A stretch of 64,000 nucleotides of DNA, from the NCBI GenBank assembly GCA_037447605.1, contig CM074821.1, forward strand, positions 1,798,001 through 1,862,000, in the 5' to 3' direction. Shown here in pieces: positions 40,301 to 52,155 of this stretch. The position numbers and the translations under genes are program-made. The stretch is from Zygnema circumcarinatum SAG 698-1b (taxonomy: Eukaryota; Plantae; Zygnematophyceae). The notes beneath the pieces were generated by a model that saw only the letters and a program-made list of their open reading frames with translations, had not been told where the DNA came from and made no database searches. The first letter of the stretch is position 1. Each line of letters opens with the position of its first letter.

Positions 40301-41535
40301 AGACGGTGGCAACCCTGTTGGGAGGTCATCAGGGAAAACATCCCTGAATTCATCCAACAAAGGTTGGAATTTGGGTGGAACGGCCGAGAGCACATCCGTA
40401 GATGTGATCTGCCACTCCTGATCTTCGTCATGCACATCCTCAGTGGCTGCCATGACATGCACCATGAACAAGGTGCAACCCNNNNNNNNNNAGTGGCTGC
40501 CATGACATGCACCATGAACAAGGTGCAACCCTCCTTAACTGCTTTGGCCAATTGCATAGCCGAGCAGAGATAAGGATTATCAACCTGCGCGATCGCAGTG
40601 GGTGTGGTTTTGCCAGGGTGCAGTGTGATGCGCCTATCCCCACTGTGCAGAATACAGTGTGGGATGGAAAAGTCCAATTGGGCTTTGACCATGGTTAACC
40701 AAGCACTCCCTAAAATAACATCCGTTCCAGTGGCCAGTTGTGTCAGAAGGCACTTCACCGCCCCGGAGTAGGATTGGAGCTTGATCTTGAGTGTGACGCT
40801 ACCAGAGATCTGGCCCTTGCGTCCATCCCCGAAAGTAACACTTTCCGAATGGGGATCTGTGGTCAACTTAAACCGCTGGGTGAATGCAGAACTAACAAAG
40901 TTAGCATCTGCCCCAGTATCTAGCAGTAGAACTGCTGGGTGGCCATTGGCTGACCCGATGAAGGTCATGGCACGATGGGCAAGATGGAACATAGATCGCA
41001 CTATATGCGAGGGTTGAGGACGAGCCGTCCTCCACACCAGGGTGTAGGGTGATCCAACCAGCAAACTGGTGGATCCTTCCATTGTTTGCACCAACTTGTG
41101 CCCTTTCCTCAACTGTTTCACCAACCGCCAAGTGGCGTTGGGAAAAGTGCGAACTGCCGTGTGCTGAGGAACCAGTACATGCAGCCCAAGGATATGGGAG
41201 GTGTTTCCCATGACATGCAAAGCATCCATGGCACATTGCATGAGAACATCATCGCCCATGACATTGAGGATAAAGACATGCCAATCACCATTCATCACTA
41301 CATCCATAAACCCAGAAGGAGTCACTACAGTGGCAGGGGAGAGAGAAATGGAAGCAGGGAGTGCATCACACACAAAGAGATCGTGCATTCCCAAAGGTCT
41401 GCCCATCAATTTAAGAATGTCCACGGTTTTAGGAAACACTAGTCTCCTAACCTTGATGGCAGTCCTATTCCCTTCCCCTAGCCTAACATCTCCACCAGCA
41501 ACGACTCCTATACTGCTGGTGGGTTGGGGTTTTCC
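37325..41535 (-). pseudogene. pol: pol (extra domain-PR-RT-RNaseH-IN-chromodomain), interrupted by two TAG stops and an N-gap
   Basis: ORFs 40231-41574, 37874-40528 and 37325-37792; in-frame TAG codons at ~37874 and ~37856. Confidence 0.92.
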
Positions 41536-42476
41536 GGCCCCTTGCCCTTCTTGTCCTTGGCGTTCAGAGGGCAATCCCGGGTCTTGTGCCCCTCCTTCCT
41601 ACATCGGAAGCACTTATTCTCCCACTGCATCCGCTCCATCTCTTCTGGAGTCAACTTCTGTGGCCGTGCAGGGGCTGGGCGGGCAGCCGTTTCCGGCTGC
41701 TTCCGCTTGTTCTTTCCTGCCGGTTTGGCAGGAGCAGAGGGTCCCGCCTTCCACGACCCTGTCACTTCCGACCTCGGTGGAGGCCGGGAAGGTCCTGCAT
41801 CGCCTGCAGGGGCGGTGTCCAACTGAATGGCTGCATCAAAATACAGCTCAGAGTCAGCGGGGTCCCACGGTTTCAGAGTCCGTGGGTTAGTCCTTAGCTG
41901 CTTCCTCAGGTGTGGCTTCAAGCCATTCCTGAAGTGGAAAAAGAACTCAGCCTGNNNNNNNNNNCAAGATGGAACATAGATCGCACTATATGCGAGGGTT
42001 GAGGACGAGCCGTCCTCCACACCAGGGTGTAGGGTGATCCAACCAGCAAACTGGTGGATCCTTCCATTGTTTGCACCAACTTGTGCCCTTTCCTCAACTG
42101 TTTCACCAACCGCCAAGTGGCGTTGGGAAAAGTGCGAACTGCCGTGTGCTGAGGAACCAGTACATGCAGCCCAAGGATATGGGAGGTGTTTCCCATGACA
42201 TGCAAAGCATCCATGGCACATTGCATGAGAACATCATCGCCCATGACATTGAGGATAAAGACATGCCAATCACCATTCATCACTACATCCATAAACCCAG
42301 AAGGAGTCACTACAGTGGCAGGGGAGAGAGAAATGGAAGCAGGGAGTGCATCACACACAAAGAGATCGTGCATTCCCAAAGGTCTGCCCATCAATTTAAG
42401 AATGTCCACGGTTTTAGGAAACACTAGTCTCCTAACCTTGATGGCAGTCCTATTCCCTTCCCCTAGCCTAACATCT

Positions 42477-42520
42477 CCACCAGCAACGACTCCTATACTG
42501 CTGGTGGGTTGGGGTTTTCC
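42477..42520 (-). promoter_or_regulatory. Programmed -1 ribosomal frameshift signal between gag and pol (duplicate at 41492-41535)
   Basis: G GAA AAC in the gag phase, 6-nt spacer, 9-bp stem CCACCAGCA / TGCTGGTGG; pol is in the -1 frame. Confidence 0.8.
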
Positions 42521-43593
42521 GGCCCCTTGCCCTTCTTGTCCTTGGCGTTCAGAGGGCAATCCCGGGTCTTGTGCCCCTCCTTCCTACATCGGAAGCACTT
42601 ATTCTCCCACTGCATCCGCTCCATCTCTTCTGGAGTCAACTTCTGTGGCCGTGCAGGGGCTGGGCGGGCAGCCGTTTCCGGCTGCTTCCGCTTGTTCTTT
42701 CCTGCCGGTTTGGCAGGAGCAGAGGGTCCCGCCTTCCACGACCCTGTCACTTCCGACCTCGGTGGAGGCCGGGAAGGTCCTGCATCGCCTGCAGGGGCGG
42801 TGTCCAACTGAATGGCTGCATCAAAATACAGCTCAGAGTCAGCGGGGTCCCACGGTTTCAGAGTCCGTGGGTTAGTCCTTAGCTGCTTCCTCAGGTGTGG
42901 CTTCAAGCCATTCCTGAAGTGGAAAAAGAACTCAGCCTGACCAGGCTTGTGGGTGGTGATTTGCGGCACCACCTGTCGCAGGTCTCGCAGAAACTGCTTG
43001 ACACTGCCGATTTGGACCATGTTCTGAAACTTATCCCGGGCCTCCAATCCGGGATCCAAGGCCCCAAAATGTTTGATAAGTTCATCTCTAAACTTATCCC
43101 AATCGTCCCCAATCTCATCAGAGAGACCCTCATACACACGGTATGCGGCTCCTCTGAGTGCTGGGTAAGCAAAGCTTACCCACTAGAGGGGGGGACAGTT
43201 GGTCGCAAGAAGGTAACCCTTCGTTTGACCCAACCACTGCTCGATGGAGCAGTCCGTGATAGGATGTTCACCCCAAAAGGAAAGCGGGGCCACCTTGGCC
43301 CGATTCCCTTTGGCATCCTCAGTAGGTTGCGGAGGAGCAGTCCGAGAACTGGGATCTCCTCCGCCGCCAGCAGCTGCCCCGGATGGGGGTCCCCCACTGC
43401 TGGGTGGTTCGCCACCCCCGTGGGGGTGACTCCCCCCTGTGGACAAACCAGGGGGTGCGGACTTCTGCCGGCTGCTTCCGGCAGCCGGTTGGGGCGTCGG
43501 TATAGACGACGCTACTGGAGTGGTATGCCTAACCCCTTCCCCAGGACCTGCTGCATCTGCTGCCTCTACAGCATGAGGGGGGGTGTGGGGCAT
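42493..43593 (-). pseudogene. gag: gag with one internal TAG stop
   Basis: ORFs 43183-43593 and 42493-43137 share a frame and are separated by TAG at 43183-43185; gag-like WDKFRDELIKHF and CCHC knuckle. Confidence 0.88.
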
Positions 43594-43636
43594 ACCTTCC
43601 TCGATTCTCCGGAGCCTGTCAGCAAGNNNNNNNNNN

Positions 43637-44289
43637 GTGATGTAAACACTTTGGCGCCGTGAAGACGATCCAACAGATCATCGATACGTGGTAAAGCAAA
43701 TCGATTCTTTACGGTGATCTTGTTGAGTGCGCGATAATCAATGCACATCCTCAACGAGCCATCTTTCTTCCCAACAAACAAGATGGGCGCCCCAAAGGGG
43801 CTCTGACTGGGTTCTATCCAGCCTTTCTCTCGTAAAGTTGTTAATTGCTTACGCATCTCTTCGGTTTCTTTCGGGCTTAACCGATAAATCGGCCGCCAAG
43901 GCGGCTTTTGCTCAGGCTCAAGAGGGATTGTGTGCCCCACTCCTCTAGATGGTGGCAACCCTCTTGGAAGGTCGTCAGGGAAGACATCCCTGAATTCATC
44001 CAACAAAGGTTGGAATTTGGGTGGAACGGCCGAGAGCACATCCGTAGATGTGATCTGCCATTCCTGATCTTCGTCATGCACATCCTCAGTGGCTGCCATG
44101 ACATGCACCATGAACAAGGTGCAACCCTCCTTAACTGCTTTGGCCAATTGCATAGCCGAGCAGAGATAAGGAGTATCAACCTGCGTGATAGCAGTGGATG
44201 TGGGTTTGCCAGGGTGCAGTGTGATGCGCCTATCACCACTGTGCAGAATGCAGTGTGGGATGGAAAAATCCAATCGGGCTTTGACCATG
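43637..44289 (-). mobile_element. Gap-bounded fragment of a second, slightly diverged copy of the PR-RT region
   Basis: Nearly identical to ~39990-40692 with scattered substitutions (e.g. DLPRG vs DLPTG). Confidence 0.9.
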
Positions 44290-44299
44290 NNNNNNNNNN

Positions 44300-44616
44300 G
44301 CGCGCCCGCGGAACGCGGCGGGCGTTCGTACGTTGAACCCCTCTGACCCATTCGGGTCAGAGATGGACACGTGGTAGCCTGCCATTGGACAGCCCTGCTT
44401 CCAATCCTCCATGCTGGTAGGAGGTTCGACGGGGGAAGCATATAGGGGCGATGTTGGTTGTTGCCAACCAACCAACGTACCAGCATTCGGTTGCACCTCT
44501 GCCGAGGGCTCTCTCCCTCTCTCTCTTCCTTCTCTTTTCTTGATTCAGGCACTGAGTGCAGACTGGGTGAGATTCCACGCACGAGCGAGGAGGGATTAGC
44601 CCCGCGGTCCATTACA
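44300..44616 (+). mobile_element. Partial LTR related to 36553-36880, in the opposite orientation
   Basis: Shares GAGGAGGGATTAGCCCCGCGGTCC(A/G)TTACA and CTTCCAATCCTCCATGCTGGTAGGAGGTTC with the 3' LTR. Confidence 0.85.
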
Positions 44617-44936
44617 TCCCCCCGCTAAAGCATTGTAGGTAGAGTCGGCGGCTGTCACTATGCGCGCCAATCTTGATGTGAAATTCTTCGTGCTTGTAAT
44701 GCTCGGTCATGACTTGTACAAGTTATTGCGGGTCTCGTACTCAGATGGTAGCATTTTTGTGGACATTGCAAACCGAGAAGAGGAGGGCAGGGGAGGGGAG
44801 GGGAGGGGATATCTCCTCCCGAAATATCCAAAGCAGGGGGAGTGGATAGCCAAAATGGAAGTGCGAAATTTCCCAAAATGGGGGCTGGGATATCCAAAAA
44901 GGGGGGAGGGTCCATCATTCTTTGAAATTATTTGTA

Positions 44937-47030
44937 CATATGTTCATGAACATTGGTTCAGGGTTTAGGGTTTGGGTATTAATGCCCCCCTAGAAGTAGG
45001 AAGGCAGGGCCGTCTCCAAATAGGAGACGGGTGCACATTGAAGAGGATATTAGATGTAGCTTTTAACTTTCTTTCTTTATTTTTAAAAATTTCATTTTTT
45101 GTTGATGGCGTGGTTGCAAGAACATGGCGTCTCATGAACAACAACAACATTGGGCTGTGTTTGGAAGTTGGCATTTGTTGGTGCAAGGGGCCAGAGGGCA
45201 GACTCAATGAAAGGATAAATACATGCCCGGATGAAGCTCAAAAACTTTCTTCATCTTCCACTTGGGCCACATACCGCTTCCTCCACGATCTGCCTTCCAT
45301 CCACCCCTCATCCATGATCCATGATCCATGATGTTCCATGATCTCCTCATGTGGAGCAACACACCGCCCATACAATGGTCGCCTCCATTCATCCACCACG
45401 TCAATCGAACACGAGGACTCACATGACAAATGATGCAGTAATAAGGAGAAAGCCCACGGCCATAAAACTCCTTAACCTTCAAGAGTGTAATACAAGCTCT
45501 TTAGGAAATCTACATAATCCCTTATGCTAGATTTTCCTCCTCACATGAGCGCTATCCTATTCTCTAATAGATAGCTTACACCCCAAATGCAGTAGCCAAG
45601 CACTAATTGCCTCCATAAACGCCTCCTCTACCTCAACACATGAGGGACACACCATCTAACTCTTTCACTAAAGCTGAGCATGATGAGAGCTAGTTCTCAC
45701 GACCTTCATACACAAGGCCGGACTCCTCTACGCCTCAGCCTCTGCCTACTCTTCCTAAACAACCAACGACAGAGCAGCATTAAATTCAGAGAGAGTGAGT
45801 TGAGAGAGTTTGAGCGAGTGAGTGAGAGAGCCAAGTTTACTCCCTCTTGAGCAACCATGGCGATGTGACGTGACACAATTGTCACGTCACGGCCGGCCCT
45901 TGCATTCGGCTGTAGGCGCACTCAGAATTAGCGACCAGCAAGTGGGCCTCGTAAACCTACGATGGCACCGACCTAGTTCATGTCCATCCGTACAGTTCCG
46001 CCGCTTCGCCAGCCCTCAGCGTTCTCCACCCGCCGACCATTCTGCCGTACGCTTGAGCCAGCGGACCCACTAGGAGAGTGGTCCACATGGTGCGTCTCGA
46101 TTCGCCACCGACATTCCCTTGTCGTTTCCGCGCCGTAACTTCTCCCTCCGCGTAACCGCGTTTCGCGCTCGCGCAGCGACCAATCCGAATCGCTCGTCAG
46201 TACTCCGCGCACTCGCGACGCACTCAGCCGCTTTGTGCTCCGTACTCCGCACTCGCGCCACGACCAATCAGCGCACTCCAAATATCTCACAAAATCTCCA
46301 CCGACATTGCCGAACCCTGCGTCACGTCACGCTCAGAGATGCGCCGCGATTTGCGTGCTGCGCGACCAATCATGTCGCTTCACGCAAATCCGCCTCTCGC
46401 GCTTCCAAATCTCCGCGTCCGTAAACTTCCGCGTCGTCCGTACAATTCACGCGCCGTCCGTACGGCCACGCTCCAATCCGTCCAGGCGCACTCCGCGCAC
46501 TCCCTTTGGTTCGATCTAAGTCAAAGCCGCAAACCTACGACCCTAGACTATCCCTAGACCTGCCGTACCGTGCCCTTATGATACGAGCACCCCCCATGTT
46601 CGGTCCTACACCAAACATGACCATTCATGCATGATATTGTCCCTATACCAGCACATTGATCTCCCGGACAACATTCATGCTAGGAACTAAGTACCAACAC
46701 CTTGATGTACCTCATACATCAACAGCATTGAACTCACCATGGCGACGCCGTCAAGTGTACGGACAAAAACCAATGTTGGGAACCACGAGGAGCCGACCAC
46801 TCACAAAGGACCTAAAGACAATCCCGGAGAGGTCCACACGCCACGTGGTGGTATATAGTTTCGCCACTTGCCGTCATTGCCTATCGCAGGCCCTGTACAG
46901 ACTCAAAAACAAATCCCAAGTTTGTGCACACATTTTCATGAAACGCACACATTGTACAACATTTTCACACGCTCAAGGTAAAGGTTCTTGCTTCTCATGA
47001 ATTGGCCAATTCTTCGTACTCTTTGACCTA
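44937..47030 (+). repeat. ~530-bp dispersed repeat, copy A, split by a solo LTR
   Basis: 44937-45175 plus 46725-47030 align colinearly with the reverse complement of 53967-54498. Confidence 0.88.
45176..46724. mobile_element. Solo LTR or non-coding LTR element (1549 bp) with a 5-bp target-site duplication
   Basis: GCATT|TGTTGGTG...CATCAACA|GCATT; the uninterrupted site is visible in copy B (ggcattcaactcacc on the minus strand at ~54262-54276). Confidence 0.92.
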
Positions 47031-47460
47031 TTTGCAGGGGACCGAAGAGAGTGGGCGGGGAAGGGCAAGGAGTGCAGCAAGGCGGCTCCTCAGCCCCCTC
47101 GCTCTCTCTCACCCCTCTCAATGCTCGTGGTTTCCAGCGACCTCGCCCCTGCCCCTCCGCTCCCCCCCTAGAACCCTTTTCCAAGCGAGAGGGAACCGAG
47201 AGCAGGGCCAGCCAATGGGAAGGCTCCACGTGGCACGAAGTCGCCACTGAGCGCGTCAGAAGTCGCCGCACGTCCCGCCAAGACAAGAGGCGCTTGTGGA
47301 CGCGCGACCGTACGTTTTGTAATCCAATGACCGTACACTCTTTGTACAGTAAGCCGTACTGTACGAATGAAGTCATCGTCCGTACGCTTTTCACTTTACT
47401 ACAGAACCCCTTCGTGACTTCGCTCTCGTCTCTTTTCATGTTGTCGTTCTCCGTCGCAGG

Positions 47461-48956
47461 ATGGCAGGCATGGATCCCTCCTCCCGCCGCCAAGCGCCTG
47501 CCGGTTCCTCCTCCCCGGGGCGTGGCCATGGCTGCCGGATCCCTCCTCGCCTCCTCTCCCTTTTCCTCATCCTCTCGATCGCTCGCCGCCATGGCGGGTC
47601 CTGGGCAGCCGCTGCGACACCTGTCCTGCGCGGATACGACACCAGACCGCTCCCTGGCCCTCCCGCGGAGGCGGCACTTGGCAGCCCTCTGCCGCCTGTC
47701 CAAGGCGCGACTGTGCACGCCGAAACGTGGAGTTTGGAAAATGTCACTTCTGGTCCTTCACAGCGGAGGGGCGGTTCAAAGAAAGGCCATGGCCTCCGGG
47801 GCGTAGAGCGGAGGGAGGGCTCAGGGCGGAGGAGGGAGCTGGAGGCGAAAGAGGAGGAGTGCTGGGAGGGGATGGCGGAGGGCTGGAGGGAGGGTGGCGA
47901 TGACTTAGAACACCACGTTCGAATCTCAGGTGTGCTCTTCTTTACTGGCCCCCCACCCTCCCTCCCTCCCTCTCCCTCTCTCTGTTTCTCTCTCTCGCTC
48001 GCTCACAGTCTTACTCTCACTCTCTCTAGCTCTCTTTTTCGATCTATCGGTCTCTCTCTTCCTCTCTCTCTCTTTCTCTTTCGCTCTCCTCTCGTCCCTC
48101 CCCTCCTGTATGTGGTCCTTATGCTTCACGTATGCTGCCCGGCCGCCGTTCAGATGAAGATGTTAGGATGCATTTAAGCTTTAATCTCTTTTTTAACGGC
48201 CTCCTGGTCCCTAGTTCCTGGTTCGCGAAAATGATCGCCTTTGCATCACATTTGAGAAAATTCCTTTGAATGATGAGATTCTCATTCGATGACTGAAGTC
48301 GAATTTCGATAAGTTTATCAGAGTGTCGCTTGACCTTCCGATTCCTCAAAGGTTCCCTCATATGTTGAGAAAGTGAACTCATTATTTGCGTCTCACAGGG
48401 AAGGGCTGCCGGAGGTGTTTGCTTGGACATCGCTGCTCCTTCATCCTCCAAATTGGAAGTTCGATTGTTTTTAATAAACTTGGCATTCCTGAAGAAGGAG
48501 TCGAAGTGACTCCAGTTGATCGGGAAATAATGGCAATCATGACCGGTGACTCTGAATTCCCCCTTTTTTTCGTTTCTGGGTTGCAGTTGCTTTGATGGTC
48601 ATTGAACATGCAGTGATGGCTAAATTATTGAATAATAAATAATGAATCCGATTCATGGGGGAGCAGGACCAACGAAGCATGCTGCGGAAGTTTTACCCCA
48701 TGAGAGGGAACCCGGAGTCCCCCGATTCAATGTTTCTTTCAAGGTATCTTATCAAGTGTGGGACGCTGGAGAGTATGAAATGGAGATTTTTTCCGACTGT
48801 TCAATGTGAGTGAACGTCCTAAGTTGGAAGTAATATGAGTTTTCGATCAGTGACATAGAGCTGCAGTTAGCTGTTCACGGTCTAGCGTTTGAATCCGCGC
48901 TGGAGTCTTAGCCTGTGGACTCTATCTCAAACCTTAAATCACGTCCCCGCCCCCCC

Positions 48957-49017
<61 letters not shown>

Positions 49018-51109
49018 CCTTCTCCCTGCTTTCTTTTCCTCTTTCCGATCTTGAGCAGGGGGCCGAGGGCAGATTTTGGCTACCACATCTTCGCTAAACT
49101 CTCGATAATTATCGTTATTTCTGCTCAAAACATTGAAAACTCCCCTGCAAAATTGGTGCCTTGCACCTATCGGCAGTTTGGACGGTGGGTCGACAGCACG
49201 TTGGAAGGTGGAGTTCAAGTGAGAGAGGAAATCGTCGATGTAAAAAGTTCTACGTCAAAATGGAAATTTCAGCCATATGAATGTCGGGGTCAATGGACCC
49301 ACTCTGCTTCGGAATTTGTCCGGCGAATGAATGCGAAGGGTGTGAAAGAAGTCTTCTTGTTGGGGGATTCCATGACTCGAGTGTTGGCGCATCATCTCCA
49401 CTTCCTCATGGCAGGTAGAGCACTTCCTTTGTCTTCTTGACTTGTCTTTTTCTCTGTCACTTTCCCTCTTTCTCCTCCCTCGCTCTCTCTCTCTTCCATG
49501 TTTTCTTCCCCTCATCCTCGTGCTCTCTCTCTCCATCTACTTTTGCATCGCTTTTTCTCGTCCTTCTATCTTCCCACTTTTGTCCCTCTTGATCACCTTT
49601 CCTCCTCGCTGAACTTCTTTAGCCCTCTTCCACTGTCTCTCTTTCCCATTTTCTGTCTCCACTCCCTCCCTCTCCCTTCCTCTCCCTCTCCCTCTCCCAT
49701 CAAACATCGCCCACCGCAGTCTCTCCCTCTCCCCGCATCCCCCAGTTTCTGAGCTTTCTGAATCTCTCCGTTCCCACTAACGCACCCCTCCTTGCCATCG
49801 AATCCAGGACCGGATCCAGAGCCAATTGGGAGACACTTGCCACATGTATGGGAGATATTTGATCCCAGTTCAAATCTGAGCGTTCGACTGAACTATCAAC
49901 TTCATGACGGAATTTATATAAACGGCGAACATGGATGCATCAATCAGGGCCGCTACACACTTGCGACTTATCGAACTAGTGTTGTCGTACCGGAAACAGC
50001 CGACTTGATTGTTATGGGAGCGGGTACATGGCCCGCCTTGGTAAGTACTTCAATTTGCTTTACTTGAAGGTCGTTTTTTTGAAGGCTTATGCATCTGCAT
50101 TGTGCTACGTGGGAAGCTCCTTTTACTTGGCGATGTAATGACCCAACACGTGGATGATTTCTTGTCAACTTCAATTCAGTTTTGTGATCGGTCGGACCTT
50201 GCTTACTCGGAACATCTTCCTGAATTCGTGGACTTTATTTTGAGCCAACCTCGCAAACCGACAGCGCGAGTATTTTGGAGAAGCATCCCCCCTTTTCCAG
50301 AGCGGGTACATCAACGTGTCGAAAAGTGCCATGTTCACAACAGCGCCATTCAATGGATGAATGCTTTTGCGAGGTATTCATTTGTGGACTCCGTAAACTT
50401 GAAACCTCTTCAGCATCGAGATGCTTTCTTTTCTTCTCTTTGTTCTGGGGACTTTCGGCCCATTCCGCATCGTTCCTATCTGCCAAAACGCAGCGTAAAT
50501 GAGTCAAAAGTTTTTGAATGAAGATTCAGAAAAAGCAAATGACAAGCCCTTCAGAGCTGTTCGCCTTCATGAAGACGCGAGAGAGAGAGGGACGGTGAGT
50601 GGGAGGGGGAGGTGGGAGACATTGGCGGATCTACATATTCAAGTTGGTTGCCCCCCCTCGAACTCGTTTTTGATTTTATTTTATTCTACGTATGTATTTT
50701 ATGCTGAAGGGGGACTTACCCCCCTCTCCCCCGCCCCCCCCCCCAGCAAGTATTCTCGATCCGCGACTGGTGGGAGAGAAGGATGTTGGAGGCCTGCTCA
50801 CTGCATTTCTGTCAGAGCCTCAACGCGAAACGCCTTTGTTTGCCCTTGTTTTTCCGCAGCCTTGATGGGGATTCACTCCGATTTGTGTGCAGGCGATTGA
50901 TGCAAAAGCGAGGCGACGTTAAATACATGGATTTTTGGCCTATTGAAGCCGCGAGATATTTAGACACGTGCTTGATTCAGAGCGACAACGGGCAGTGGGA
51001 CAAGGACCTCCACTACTCCTGCATCCACTCCAACATGCAGGCCATCCACGGCGATGTGGGGGAGGCCGTGGTGCACGCGTTCAAGCATTACCTGCTCACG
51101 TTGGGGTAG
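47461..51109 (+). CDS. Secretory-pathway protein: Ig/filamin-like segment plus TBL/PC-esterase (SGNH) domain; putative glycan O-acetyltransferase or esterase
   Basis: Exons give RLLSLFLILSIA; RISG|KG..GP..FNVSFKVSYQVWDAGEYEMEI; C..FGRWV..WKFQPYEC..VFLLGDSMTR; DLIVMGAGTWP; VFWRSIPP; MDFWPI..DKDLHYSC; TAG at 51107-51109. Confidence 0.82.
50620..50769. mobile_element. hAT-type MITE (150 bp) in the last intron
   Basis: TIRs CATTGGCGGATC / GATCCGCGACTG and a perfect 8-bp TSD GTGGGAGA (50612-50619, 50770-50777). Confidence 0.9.
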
Positions 51110-52155
51110 GCGGGACCTGCATGGACTTGCATGGACTTGCAAGGCATTCTTCAGTGAGTCGGTCCATTCATTTGCTTTACGGTCGCAAGGGTTTGGTGAA
51201 ACCACCGTTACTTTTGGATACGGAGATTGACGGTCAGGAGAGGGAGGCCACTGGGTTGTGAACCTTCAAGATTTTCTCTTTTTTGTTGTTTTGAAACAAG
51301 GAGAAAGTTTGATTTAGGGGTGCTGAATAGAGAAAAAGATAGTAAGGGGAAAGCGAAGACAGGAGAATTATCAGCTTCAGACCTCCATATTATGGAAATA
51401 CTACCCCCCCACACCTGCGCATTGCTTCTCGTGCTCTTATACCACTGCTCGTACAGGCTCTAATCGACTGTTAGTGCTCTCTTCTCTCAGAGCATGACTC
51501 TGGGCAGATTGCATTCAGGCTGACTACAAATAAATCATGCAAAGACATACAAGCACAGATTAAGCATACACATCCAAAATGCGGAATATATGGAGAAAGC
51601 CCCAAGGGCCTAAAATTCCATTAAGGATAATCAGAGGGAGGGAGGGAGCGTTTGGCCTGGTTCTTTCCACTTCCCTTACTCACTGACATGCCTGCAATTC
51701 TGAATAAAAATACTCTTCAAGCACACACACTGAAAAGCAGATGATATAAAGAGCAAAAACACCGAAAGAGAACAAGGAGAAAGCCACATCGGCCTTAACA
51801 CTCCTTAATAAATTATGAAGAGTAACAGGCAACGAATTCAAGCCCTCAGGATTCTAATTCTGCTCTGACCAACTCCCCAACTTCCTGCTTCCCATATAGC
51901 CAGGCAACTGCACTCAGCAACACGAGCTAAGCTGTAGTTGAATTAAGTTGATTGAAACCTAAATATAATCCTACTTATTACGCGCTGCACCACTCCACTT
52001 TCCACCACGCGCCGCCGCTCAGTGCACCTCCATGTCGCTGGCGATGCTCCGCGTCTCCCGGAGCCGCGCTGGAGCTCACCCTGAGGGCCGCCATGGCCTG
52101 TGGGAGTGTCCGTACCGAAAACGCCCTCCCTCGACTCGCCANNNNNNNNNNCGAA

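Larger units (their letters stand above)
36553..43626 (-). mobile_element. Ty3/gypsy chromovirus LTR retrotransposon, decayed; 5' LTR lost at an assembly gap
   Basis: Order gag (zinc knuckle CFRCRKEGHKTRDC), protease (LLDTGA), RT (YLDDILVFS), RNase H (CDASGFALGAVL), integrase (H..H..CPTC; MDLITDLP, SDRD, QTERVN), chromodomain (YEVETI..YLVKWLGYG..STWE), PPT, LTR. Confidence 0.97.

Noticed and set aside
40980-42939. Apparent tandem duplication of the gag end and extra domain (985-bp offset); also the short repeat around the 40482 gap
   Set aside because: The copies appear identical and meet at 10-N gaps, the signature of unmerged overlapping contigs.
36553-44616. DIRS-type element suggested by inverted ends and an MTase-like domain
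   Set aside because: It encodes an aspartic protease, DDE integrase and chromodomain, and no tyrosine recombinase is visible.
51400-52140. Possible small minus-strand gene starting ATGGCGGCCCTCAGG|GTGAG at ~52094
   Set aside because: Good start and donor context, but I could not assemble a convincing spliced ORF and an N-gap is adjacent.
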